From Octopus bimaculoides (taxonomy: Eukaryota): DNA of 64,000 nt. Both the position numbers and the translations under genes were made by a program. The DNA lies in NCBI RefSeq assembly GCF_001194135.2, contig NC_068995.1, forward strand, positions 31,087,224 through 31,151,223, written 5' to 3'. This document shows, piece after piece, positions 1-11,469 of the stretch; within the stretch, counting starts at the first letter, position 1, and every line of letters begins with the position of its first letter. The notes beneath the pieces were generated by a model, which was given only the letters and a program-made list of their open reading frames with translations, ran no database searches and was not told the DNA's origin.

Positions 1-509
1 AATATATATATATGTAAATTCAAGTCACAATATGTGGATTCAAGTATTCCGGTAGTACTCATAAAAAATGCTCTTTAATGTATCATTCTACAAAACATAT
101 TGAATATATAATATGATACAGGAGAAAACAAGGAGTGTATAAGCTATAAATGACAGAGAAATAGTTTGATTAACTTTTGTTTAATTGTAAGAACATTCTA
201 ATTTCATGACAAATTGTTTCATAAACTCAAAAACATGTAAATAATTTATATCACTATATTTAATAATAAATAAATTACATGCCAACATTAATACAAAATG
301 CAAAAGATCCTTCAAAATAATGCAGAATTTAAGCTATGTCCTCAAGTGAAAGAAAGTCTCTGTTAACAAAGATTTTCTTTCACTTACCCAATACTCTACC
401 AGCTCTATTGTTCTCAGATCTCAGCCTATCTTTACAGTTATAGAGGATTTATATTCGTTTTTTTTTTTTTTTTTTTTNNNNNNNNNNTTCCTCTTCCCTC
501 ATTACTCAC

Positions 510-618
510 CTTGTTTGGTTCAGGTTCAGGAATATATCTTAGAGCTCTCAGAAACTGTTCAGTACCATTATATGTCATAACAGCATTGGGAACACAACTG
601 TGGTCAATTTTGGAGGAA
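510..618 (-). CDS. SMYD3-like: SMYD3-like internal exon (SSKIDHSCVPNAVMTYNGTEQFLRALRYIPEPEPNK)
   Basis: Acceptor tttattctgttgcag and donor gtgagt; 109 nt, phase 2 to 0; SET (N/D)HSCxPN...LRA..I motif. The next exon lies outside the window. Confidence 0.94.
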
Positions 619-1320
619 CTGCAACAGAATAAAGTATTCTTTCAGTTTGTCTAATATTTATCCGTAATCACAAGTTCCCTAAGGCACTGATTTGTATATC
701 TCACTCAGGGTAGTGAATGTAAGACTCTACCTGGTCAGAAAGTGGCCATTCTGTTGCAAGCACCTGATCTCTACTCCAGTTCATTCCCTGTCCATATATT
801 TACTGCAGACACTGACCTACAGATGTTCAGGTTGGACATTAGTGTCATTGGTGAGGGAGACTAAAAACAACCATATTATCCGTAAATTAAAGCAGAGTGA
901 AAAAATACCTGGTGGTATTTATTCTGCCCAAGTTACACAGATATAAACAAGAAACCAGTGACACATTCAGAGTATTTATGCTTTTGTTTACAAAATATGG
1001 GACATAAAACACATGAATAAACAAATTCATCATCGTTTAAGGTGCCACTGTTTACCAGAAGACAAACTGAACCAAAGACATTTATCTTTGTCTTAAAGAT
1101 GTAGCTACTGTGACAGCTGCAATTTCATGTAACATTAAAGACCAAAGATGTTTCACTAGTTTTCTACAGATTAAAGAGAGGAAGATATACCATGTATGAG
1201 AAATATTAACTTTTAAAATCCTGTAGTGCTTTATCAATAGAAATCTTCCAATCTGGTTAGAATCCAGAGATTTTCATGAGATGTAGTTAGTCCAGTAGAA
1301 AAATCATAAAAAATATACAC

Positions 1321-1507
1321 CAGTGCTGGTGCCACATGAAAACGCCCAGTCCAATCTGTAAAATGGTTGGCATTAGGAAGGGCATTCACCCATAAAAACC
1401 ATGTCAAAACAGATAGTGGAGCTTGGTGCAGTCCTCTATCTAGCCAGCTCCTCTCAAGCTGTCCAACCCATGCCAGCATGGAAAACAGATGTTGAATGAT
1501 GATGACT
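1321..1507 (+). repeat. Dispersed RTE-associated 3' tail repeat ending in (GAT)n
   Basis: The motif ggttggcattaggaagggcatcc...ccaacccatgccagcatggaaaac..gatgatgat recurs at ~8570, 9115, 18050, 22800, 26270, 38040, 47870 and 55500, and inverted at ~32060, 41070 and 58850; at 8570 it follows an RTE RT. Confidence 0.75.
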
Positions 1508-2908
1508 GCATAAATTTGGATGATACAACATAATGATTGTTAGTGTATATTGTGATTTTTGTTAATTTTTACCTGTTGTCATGTCACTTTAACCTGCTCA
1601 GATCACTTGAATGCCAAGGTAACTCGATTACATGTAGGTGTTTTTACACAGATAGACACCAATATCAATCTCTTTTCTCAGATCACAATTTGTGCTTCAG
1701 TAGTCTTTGTAACTTGAAAGCTACACAATTATCACAAGAAAAAGCATTCTGAGACATGTTTTCATCTCCTTCATGCAAAGGTTTTGTAAAGACTACATCA
1801 CTGCAATTCTATTTTTATTTACTCTTATTACAGTAATAACATCCTCCACATAAACCTGACAGTATACAATATACAAAGTATTTAGAATATATCAATAAAT
1901 CAATGTTTCTTTTTTTCAATCCTTGTCATTCACAAGTGAATGCATCACTACAGTGATCACTCCACTCCGCCTCAGAATTGGAAAATCCCAGTAAAAATCC
2001 CAATCAGAATCACTTAGATTATTCGTGTGTACAGATGACATGGAAACATCTGTTTATTTCCTCCAAATCTAAGCTTTCTTTCTCTAATTAAACCATCATC
2101 TCATCATTTTAATGTCAAATATTCCATGCTTGCTTGGTTCAGATGGAGTTTATTGAAGCAGATTTTCTATTACTGAATGCCATTCCTGATGCCAACCTGT
2201 CTCGAAGCAGAGTAATATTTCTCCAGTGCTAGACATGTTCTTGCAATACATTAGAAATGAATAGGGTGGCAAGCTGACAAAATCCTTAGCATGCCAGGCA
2301 AAATGCTTAGCAGCATTTCATTTGTTACCACATCCTGAATTCAAATTTTTCCAGGGTTGACTTTGCCTTTCATCTTTCCAAGGTTGATGAAATAAATACC
2401 AGTTGACTACTGGTGTTGATGTAATCAACTTACTCCTCCCTTGAAATTGCTGGCCTTGTACTAAAATTTAAAATCAATATATTGGAAATTAATGACATTG
2501 TATGATAATGACAGTCATTTACAACAATCATTAATAAATATTTACCAATGAATTCTAACTCATCAATTGAGATATTATTGCTATGATGCATGAAAATCAT
2601 AGCAACAAAAATATCCAAAGAAATTCTCTGAATACATGACAAATAGAAACACAGATGGTGCTAACAGGAAGTTATTTTTAAAATGAAACTAAACTAAGTT
2701 TCTTGCAAAGAAGAGTGCTTAGTTCTTATTTGGAGTGTGTGTGTGGGGGGGGGGGGCAAAGGAAGAACATGATTCGAATTGTGACTATATGTAGCAGAGG
2801 ATCTCACAACAGTTGCAATTGAGGAATTTAAAAATTAACTAATGTTCCAATATCAATACAGGTAATTAATTATAGCTCTAAGCATCAAATAAGATTGCTT
2901 GATTTTAC

Positions 2909-2979
2909 CTCAGATAAATTCCAGTTCCAATAGTGAGGGTATAATCTTCATCAGGAATTGCAAAACAGTTAATAAGCAT
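2909..2979 (-). CDS. SMYD3-like: SMYD3-like internal exon (MLINCFAIPDEDYTLTIGTGIYL+S)
   Basis: Acceptor ttgttcattccag and donor gtaaaa; 71 nt, phase 0 to 2; SET-domain N(S/C)F.I...G.G(L/I)Y motif. Confidence 0.93.
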
Positions 2980-3337
2980 CTGGAATGAACAACAAAACAG
3001 AATACCTTCAAGATTAAAAAAAACAACAAAAAACAAAGAAGCTGTATACTTATTTCTGCATTTGACTTTTCTGTTGCTGTCATATTTTAGTTTAGTTTGA
3101 GACTTCTGTCTGGCGGTTCTATCATGTTGGCTATGTTGATGGTTATATTGTAGTACCAAAAATATGACCAAAACAGTCAAAGATCAAGAGCCAGGAATAT
3201 ATCAATGGCTCACAACAACAGCCACAACTATAACCACCATAAGGAAAACAACTACCCCAGCACCACCCCACCTAGATTATTATCAGGCTGCCTATCACCA
3301 ACACCACCACATTAACAATAACTTTAATTAGTCAACA

Positions 3338-3720
3338 GTGGAGGCACAATGGCCCAGTGGTTAGGGCAGCGGACTCGCGGTCATAGGATCGTGATTTCGA
3401 TTCCCAGACCGGGCGTTGTGTGTGTTTATTGAGCGAAAACACCTAAAGCTCCACGAGGCTCCGGCAGGGGATGGTGGCGAACCCTGCGGTACTCTTTCAC
3501 CACAACTTTCTCTCACTCTTACTTCCTTTTTCTGTTGTGCCTGTAATTCAAAGGGTCAGCCTTGTCACACTTAGTCACGCTGAATATCCCCGAGAACTAC
3601 GTTAAGGGTACACGTGTCTGTGGAGTGCTCAGCCACTTGCACGTTAATTTCACGAGCAGGCTGTTCCGTTGATTGCCTCAACTGGAACCCTCGACGTCGT
3701 AAGCGACGGAGTGCCAACAA
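3338..3720 (+). mobile_element. Young tRNA-derived SINE (CpG-rich, apparently full length)
   Basis: A-box tggcccagtgg at 3350-3360, B-box-like gatttcgattcc at 3393-3404, then a ~300 bp non-tRNA body; many intact CpGs in a CpG-depleted context. Confidence 0.8.
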
Positions 3721-3966
3721 CAATTAGTTAAAAAAAACACCCTCTATGCAATTGCTTGACCAAGTGGAAATGGCAGCTAAATCACATCCACAAGTCTTAA
3801 AAAAATAAAGGACTCTATTTTTTAAACATAAGTTTGTTTGATTAATCTGACCTTGGGCTAAACATCAATATTATTACTACAATTTGTAACAGCAGCAGAA
3901 ACAACATCAATAATAACAATAACAACAGTGTGAAGCAGAAGTGATGAAATTGATTGTAAAACTCAC

Positions 3967-4082
3967 TTTTCCATACATTTCAAATATAGTTTCATCAGAA
4001 GGTAACATGAGAGACTTTCCAACCACATCATGGAGATAAGTTAAATTAAATTTGACACCACTTTGTTTCAATTCCTGATAAT
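3967..4082 (-). CDS. SMYD3-like: SMYD3-like internal exon (YQELKQSGVKFNLTYLHDVVGKSLMLPSDETIFEMYGK)
   Basis: Acceptor tgtgtttcag and donor gtgagt; 116 nt, phase 1 to 0; joins to MLINCF, matching SMYD3 'FAKVICNSF'. Confidence 0.88.
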
Positions 4083-4329
4083 CTGAAACACATTTAAAAT
4101 CTCTATTATCGTATATATACATTGATGAAGAAGTAGCAGAAATATATTTAATATCTCAAGTATCCTACTCAAACATAGATGAAACAATAACAAAACTATA
4201 TCTATTATCTCAAGTGTTCCACACATACACGGATGCTGCAGTAGCACTAATCACAGAGTAACAATAAAAATGCCTAAAAGTTTTTAATTTCTTCTCTTTT
4301 TGTTTTGGTTTCAAATTCTCCAAAGATCA

Positions 4330-5300
4330 ACTTTGTCTTTCTTTACATTGATGAAACAGTACCAGTGGTATATTATGGAGAGGGGTTGAGAGTCAATTCA
4401 GTCACACTCATTATTGTTAGAGCATCTGACTAAGTACTGAGCAATACTGTACAGATTCTGAGTTTGAAGCTGGTTAAACAAAATGGGACTGCTTATTTAA
4501 TATTTGGAATTGTTTATTTAACATTTTACTTATTCTCATGGGATTTGCAGTCAGCGAATTGTTTTCTTCAAACTGTAGCCCTATCTTAGAGCATACCAAG
4601 GCAGATTCTTTTGTAAATTTTTTAAAAAACCTTAGCACTCATCTTTATATTTTCAACTGCCCTGGTTTCTCTTTCTTCTTCATAGGAGAGTGAATGTATT
4701 TTTGATCTCTAAAAGTGCCTCTTTGAAGTGGATTTCTTGTGTCATAAAGTTGTTTACTTAAATTATTTGAGACTTTTATTCTTTTTCTCATAAAGACTCT
4801 CCTATCACAGAGAAAATGTTTTTGTGTATATTAGCTCTTCTCTCAAGGACAAATTTAATGCATATGGCTTATATTATTGACACAAAATCTTTGTGTTACA
4901 TGTCAATGTCTTGCATAGAGGGACTTCTAAGCCAATTTTATTTTAGTCCCTTTTTTGGAACCAATTTTCAGTCAGCCTTGTAGAAGTTCAGGCTGGATTA
5001 AGTTTGGGTACTTCTTGGGTATTATACACCTTTAAGTAATTTAGACTATACATTGTTAGTTCTATTATGCTGTGGTCTGAGAAAATCACTGGCAACACCT
5101 TCACATTGTAGATAAGCTCCAAATTATTGGTGAAGCAGTAATTTAAGATGTTGTTCCTGGTTGAGAATACTATTCTTTGTTCTATGAACATCATTTTCAT
5201 GAGACCAAATAGGAATTCTGCTTTGATTTTGTTCTTTACATGCCGTTCTTGAGACTACATTGCCTTAGAGCCATCTGATGGTGGGGAAGTTGAAGCCAGC
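4330..5300 (-). mobile_element. Decayed CR1/Jockey-clade LINE ORF2 fragment (endonuclease end and linker)
   Basis: NNILNYCFTNNLELIYNVKVLPVIFSDHSIIEL resembles the APE C-terminus with SDH; downstream LTANPMRISKMLNKQFQ resembles CR1 linker motifs; many stops. Confidence 0.6.
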
Positions 5301-6149
5301 ATCAGAAAATTATTTTGTTAATACTTGTTTTAGTGCTTTTGTCATCATGATTTGTGTTAAGAGGCTGATATAATGTACATATTACCACATCATGTTACTT
5401 TGTATGAACTATGAGTATGTCACAGACCAAGTCTGAATGTGACAACAGAGTTAAGTGAGTGAAACCTTCATGGATGTATATGGTCACTCACTGCATCATC
5501 CATGTCTACTTACAGATGTTTCAATAAGTGCTATGCATACTGCCTGAGTGTATGCAGAAAGATTCTTAAATATGAGATTCTGCCTTTGCTGCTGATATTT
5601 AATAGCAGAATTGGCGTGTTGTTTGGTTTGGTAGCGATAGCGACCATCCTAGGTCTATTATTTGTAGTGGCCTTGTGTGTGGATGTGTATGGCTTTGGCT
5701 TAATCATATTTTTAGCCATGACAACTGTTGTACTATTGTTTGTGTCACACTTAAATTCTTTTACTCACAGGCATGGCTGTGTGGTAGGAAGTTTGCTTCT
5801 CAACCACATTGTTCTAGGTTCAGTCCCACTGCATAGGTCTTCTACTATAGATAAATATAATGTAGTTAGAGGAGGAGTGCTGTGCATATTAGTTTTCTAC
5901 CAATACAAGATTGTTTAACTTTAAAATAATTACTAATTATTGGCTGGGAAATATGCATAGAAGACAATAAAAGGGAAAGACTAATCATAAGATATATTTT
6001 TATTCAATAATTGTTTTAATATATAAAAAAATATATATTTTGTTAATAAAGGAAACAAAATTTACATAAAAGTTATTAAATAATGGTAGTGCTCCAACAT
6101 GGCCTCGGTTCAGTGAGTGGAACCAATAAAAGAGTAAATCACTACATAC

Positions 6150-6219
6150 GTGACATTAATTCAATGAACTGTCTTTTCCACATTGGGTCTTCAACAGATT
6201 CTTTGCAATAGTCCTTGTT
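6150..6219 (-). CDS. SMYD3-like: SMYD3-like internal exon (NKDYCKESVEDPMWKRQFIELMS+H)
   Basis: Acceptor ttttgttttggccag and donor gtatgt; 70 nt, phase 0 to 1; splicing to the next exon gives the SMYD 'LxSH' motif. Confidence 0.88.
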
Positions 6220-6290
6220 CTGGCCAAAACAAAACAAAAAACACTTTTATCACCAGACTTAGCAATATCTGCATTCATTAAGAACTTTAA

Positions 6291-6511
6291 CCCTTTAGCA
6301 TTTAAACCAGCCATGTCTCACCAAAATAATCTGCCTGTTTTATCGTTCAAACTGGCCTGATCAAGCCTTTCACACCTACCCTACAAAGTTATTTTAAATA
6401 TAAACAGTCATGTCATCAAAATTTCAAACTTATGAGATAATGCATGATTAATTCAAAACAATCTAATTGAATAAGCATTATATTTGACAGAGTTATCTGA
6501 ATGCTAAAGGG
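6291..6511. mobile_element. piggyBac-type MITE
   Basis: TTAA|CCCTTTAGCATT ... AATGCTAAAGGG|TTAA: 12 bp TIRs with TTAA target duplication. Confidence 0.85.
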
Positions 6512-7049
6512 TTAAGGTATAACATGGTAAATAGGGTTGTTATGGTGTCACATAGAATGTCTTACTGTAATTCTAGTTCTCTGGGTTCTTGGTCCAAATT
6601 CTGTGAAAGTCAACTTTACCAGCTGTTCTTTCCGGAATCAGTCACCAAAACAGCAATCAAACATATATACAACCCCATCTCCTTTAAGTAGTTACATCAT
6701 GAATGTTTCGCTGGGTTAAGGGTGACAAGGCTGAGAAGGTGTCTTCTTATGACACAGGTCTCCTAAAACCACAAGCAACAACATGGTATAGGCTAAGAGT
6801 ATAGGCTATAGTAGATCTTATTAGTGAGAAAAAGGAAGTACAGCACCAGTAACCTTTGTAGGAACTCTGAACTGGGATTGTGGTAAACAAACTATGACCA
6901 GTGGTTGGTACATCAAGGTTTCAAGTTATCCTATTATCCTAATATCTAAAGCCTGAAAACAGACATGGTCTAAGAAATGGTCAAAAAGCTCCACAGGGGA
7001 TATCAGGGTGCTAAATTAAATATTGTTGGAAGAAACAGAAATCACATAC

Positions 7050-7163
7050 TTGCCATCGGATAACCAGTCGCAATACCATTCTGATTTCTGAGGGTGGCAA
7101 CACTGGATCACCTTGGTTCTGATAACAAAGACATTCAGTTTTATGTATATCAAAATCCATTTC
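7050..7163 (-). CDS. SMYD3-like: SMYD3-like internal exon (EMDFDIHKTECLCYQNQGDPVLPPSEIRMVLRLVIRWQ)
   Basis: Acceptor tatctcttcag and donor gtatgt; 114 nt, phase 0 to 0; HKxEC end of MYND followed by the P..IR...R helix typical of SMYDs. Confidence 0.93.
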
Positions 7164-7214
7164 CTGAAGAGATAATAAATATCATTTACATTTGTTCCCT
7201 TTCACAAAACATTT

Positions 7215-8790
7215 GAGACATTATGGTGCAAGCCATGTACAGGGATGTTGTCAGTAAGGTGAGGGTTGGCAACGAGTAAAGTGAAGAATTCTGGGTAGAA
7301 GCAGGGGTTCACCAAGGATCAATCCTCAGCCCGCTCTTATTCATCATAGTCCTCCAGGCAATAACAGTGGAATTCAAGACAGACTTGCTCTGGGAGCTCC
7401 TCTATGCTGATGATCTTGCTCTAATAGCTGAGTCACTACTAGAACTAGAGGAGAAGTTTCAGGTGTGGAAGCAAGGTCTAGAATCAAAGGATCTTAGAGT
7501 CAATCTAGCAAAAATCGAAGTCTTAGTAAGTAGAAAGGCAGACAAATCACAAATGCAGTCAGATAGATGACCCTGCTCAATCTGTAGAAAAGGCATAGAT
7601 AGAAACTCCATAAGATGTGCCTGGTGTAATCTATGGACACATAAGAGGTGCAGCAATATCAAAGGAAGGCTAACTGGGAAGATAGTTTTTGTGTGTACAG
7701 AAAATAGATTCCATCACATGCCAAGGGAAAAAACTAGAAGTAGCTGATAGCTTCCGTTACCTAGGTGACCAAGTTAGTATTGGAGGTGGATGCTCTGAGA
7801 ACATAGTAGCTGCTAGAATAAGAATAGCCTGGGCAAAGTTCAAGCAGCTCCTACCTCTGCTGGTAACAAAGGGCCTCTCACTCAGAGTAAAAGGTAGACT
7901 GTATGATTCATGTGTGTGAACAGCCATGCTACACGGAATGAAATATGGGCTGTGACTGATGAGGACATGCATAGGCTGGAAAGAAATGAAGCTAGTATGC
8001 TCTACTGGATGTGTAATGTCAGTGTGCACATACAACAGAGTGTAAGCACCCCGAGAGAAAAGTTGGACATAAGAAGCATCAGATGTGGTGTGCAAGAGAG
8101 ACGACTGCGCTGGTATGGTCATGTGTTGTGAATGGATGAGAACNNNNNNNNNNAGACGACTGCGCTGGTATGGTCATGTGTTGTGAATGGATGAGAACAG
8201 CTACGTGAAAAAGTGTCACAGCCTAACAGTGGAAGGAACCTGTGGAAGAGGCAGACCCAAGAAAACATGGGATGAGGTGGTGAAGCACAACCTTCGAACG
8301 TTGGGCGTCACAGAGGCAATGACAAGCGACCAAGACCTTTGGAATTATGCTGTGATTAAGAAGACCTGGCAAGTCAAGTGAGATCGTAGCTGTGGCCGAT
8401 GCCAGTGTTGCATAACCAGCCCGTTTAAAAGTACCCTTCAATCTTCGAGCAATATACTGTGCTTGAGAAGACCTGTTGAGTCAAGCAAAGTCGTAGTTGT
8501 GGCCAATGCTAGTACCGCTTGACTGGCTCCCATGCTGGTGGCATGTAAAAAGCACCATTTCAGTGTGGTCAATGCCAGTGCTGCCTGACTGGGTCCTGTG
8601 CCATTGGCATGTAAAAGCACCCACTACACTCTTGGAGTGGTTGGGGTTAGGAAGGGCATCCAGCTGTAGAAACCTTGCCAGATTGGAGCCTGGTGCAGCC
8701 TCCTGGCTTGCCAGTCCTCAGTCAAACCGTCCAACCCATGCCAGCATGGAAAGCGGACATTAAATAATGATGATGATGATGATGATGAAA
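7215..8790 (+). mobile_element. 5'-truncated, decayed RTE-clade LINE (RT, 3' UTR and GAT tail)
   Basis: GVHQGSILSPLLF...ELLYADDL, FRYLG, RRLRWYGHV and GRGRPKKTW motifs spread over frameshifted ORFs; ends in (GAT)n. Confidence 0.9.
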
Positions 8791-9785
8791 ATTATTATTA
8801 TTATTATCATTTATTATGGCAGTGAGGTGGCAGAACTGTTAGCATGTTGGGTAAAATACTTAGCAGCATTTTGTCTGTCTTTATGTTCCAAGTTCAAATT
8901 CCAACAAGGTCAACTTTGCCTTTCATCCTTTTGGGGGTTGATAAAATAAGTACCAATTGAGCACTAGGGTTGATGTAATAAATTTATCCCCTCCCTTGAA
9001 ATTGTTGGCTTTGTGCCAAAATTTGAACTCATTATTATTATTATTATTATTATCATCAAGACTGCAAGCTTGCAGAATCATCAGCATATCAGACAAAATG
9101 CCTTCAAGAGCCCTGTGCTGGTGCCATGTAAAAAGTACTCATGCCAGTGCTATGTAAAGGTTCTCATGCAGTGCTACATTAAAAGTATCCAGCACACACT
9201 GTAAAGTGGTTAGTGTCATGAAGGGCATCCAGCTGCAGAAACCAAGCAAAATCAAACAGAAACCTGCTGTAGCTCTGCAGCTGGCCAGCTCCGGTCAAAT
9301 CGTCCAACTCATCCCAGCACGGAAAACAGATGTTAAAGGATGATGATGATTATTCAACATTTGGTTGTTTTAGGCAAATTTCTATTGCATCTCTTGCTAC
9401 ACCTCCATGTTGCTGAGAGGTGTGGAGCATTTTGTGTTCTTGAATTGTTAGCATGCCAGACAAAATTCTTAGCGGTATTTTGCCTGTTGCTACATTCTGA
9501 GTTCAAATTCTGCAGAGGTTGACTTTATCTTTCATCCTTTCAAGGTCAATAAGATAAGTATCATTTGAACACTGGGGCCAATGTAATCGACTCATCCCTG
9601 CCTACAAAATTGCTGCCCTTGTGGCATCATCATCATCATCAAGGTTTGTGAAAGAACATTAGGGAAAGAGAATAAACTGCTTTTAGCATTGTGAAAGGAG
9701 GAAGATTGTGATGTTCTGGGGCAGGACTGTTTTTTGGAGAAGATGGCAAAGAAGTGAGACAAATAAGACTGAGTAAAAACCCTAC

Positions 9786-9849
9786 CTTACAGCTTGGACT
9801 GCAGTACCAAAGAAGTGAACATCCAGAACAGTTTTCCAAGTGATCAGAC
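9786..9849 (-). CDS. SMYD3-like: SMYD3-like SET/MYND methyltransferase, internal exon (MYND part 1: SDHLENCSGCSLLWYCSPSCK)
   Basis: Acceptor ttgtcgtttag and donor gtaggg; 64 nt, phase 2 to 0; encodes the MYND CxxC...YCSxxC motif. Confidence 0.92.
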
Positions 9850-10012
9850 CTAAACGACAAATTTATAAAACTTGTGATATTATGTATATGTGTGTCTACA
9901 TATGTATGTGTGTATATGTGGATGTATACACACACACACGTACATGAGTAAGCACATGAATGCAAAACAAGGTGTAAAAATAGTACTCATATACTGAAGG
10001 TAAAGTAATATG

Positions 10013-10209
10013 CTTTAATTAAAGCTGAAAAATTCTTCACAAACTGTTATCAGACAATTGTGATCATATCGCTCCAATTGTGTATATTACTCCTTACGAG
10101 GAAGAAGGAACATCTGGAAAATGGAACTTAACTCACAAAATTTTTTGATGAAGTATGATCACATCTGTCCAATGAACAGTTTGTGAAGATTTATTCAGCT
10201 TTAATTAAA

Positions 10210-10210
<1 letters not shown>
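10013..10210. mobile_element. Short foldback/MITE-like element with ~57 bp imperfect inverted arms
   Basis: ctttaattaaagctgaaaaattcttcacaaactgtt..gtgatcata against tatgatcac..aacagtttgtgaagatttattcagctttaattaaag. Confidence 0.7.
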
Positions 10211-10248
<38 letters not shown>

Positions 10249-11469
10249 CATGTAAAGAGAGAGAGATTGTTATATCAATATATTTGAAATAAGACTATGC
10301 ATATATTGTATTTTATTCATTATGACTCATTTAATTTGTGAACTTAAACCAGAAAATCACAAATTGCAGAGGTGTGTGTATGTTAGTAACAGATAGACAA
10401 GAAAGAGAGACATACACAGATACATATATACAGATATATGTGAGTTGTCTCTACATGTACATATATATATTATTGACATCATAAGAATTTAGAAACTTTT
10501 GAGAAAATGTGAAATAATTCTTCCTTTGGAACTAGGTCTTGAAGCACATAAAGCTATGAATAATATGTAAATATTGGGTTGAGAAACCGTTTTGAATAGA
10601 AAAAAATCAAAGGCTGGTTCCAGACCCAGTTCCATGTGGTAAGAAGCTAGCTTCCCAACCACATGGTTCTGGGTTCAGTCCCATTGTGTGGCACCTTGGG
10701 AAAGTTTCTTTTAGTATAACCTTGAGATGATCAAAGCCTTGTGAATGGATTTGGTAAACAGAAACTGAAAGAAGCCAGTTGTATACATGTATGTGTGTGT
10801 GTGTGTCTTTGCATCTGTTTGTCTCTCACCACCACTTGACAGCCTATGTTGGTTTGTTTATGTCCCTATAACTTAGCGGTTCAGCAAAAAGAGACTGATA
10901 AAATAAGTACTGGGCTTTAAAAAAATAAGTACCGGGGTCGATTTATTTGACCAAAAAGTTCTTTATGGCAGTTCCCTAGTTAGTTCCTCAGTCTAGTGAC
11001 TGAAAGAGATCTCACACACACACAAAGTAGATAGGAAATAGCAGGAACATTTTTTTTTTAATAATTTATTCCTCAATTTCTTGATGACTCAATGACACCA
11101 ACACCACAAACACAGCCACTGTTACACATTTCATAAATTCTTAACTTAAGATCACCATTTGGTGATCTTAAGTTCACCATTTAGTGATCATAGCTTTCCA
11201 ATGGTTTACTGCATTTTTGATGGCAAGATGGATATGGGAATGTCTATCTAGGTGTGGATTGCCACACAATTTCTGTCCCCCAGACGCCACTCACAAGATA
11301 TTGGTCAACTAGAGTCTAAGAGGGAAGACACTATCCTAGGATGTTATGCAGTGGGATTGAACCCAGAGCCATGTGGTTGTGAAGCCAACTTGTTAACCAC
11401 ACAACCAACTATACTTGCTGCACAGTTTCTTCTCTAGATTTCCCTCATGAAACCAATTCTTTCTTAGAA

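Noticed and set aside
378-460. Perfect gtaagt donor downstream of the last SMYD exon
   Set aside because: No phase-compatible frame encoding the expected ISY/post-SET CxC motif.
3338-3415. Possible tRNA gene
   Set aside because: No proper acceptor stem or Pol III terminator; it continues into a SINE body.
8099-8198. 45 bp direct duplication flanking a 10-N gap
   Set aside because: Identical sequence on both sides of a placeholder gap indicates unmerged contig overlap, not biology.
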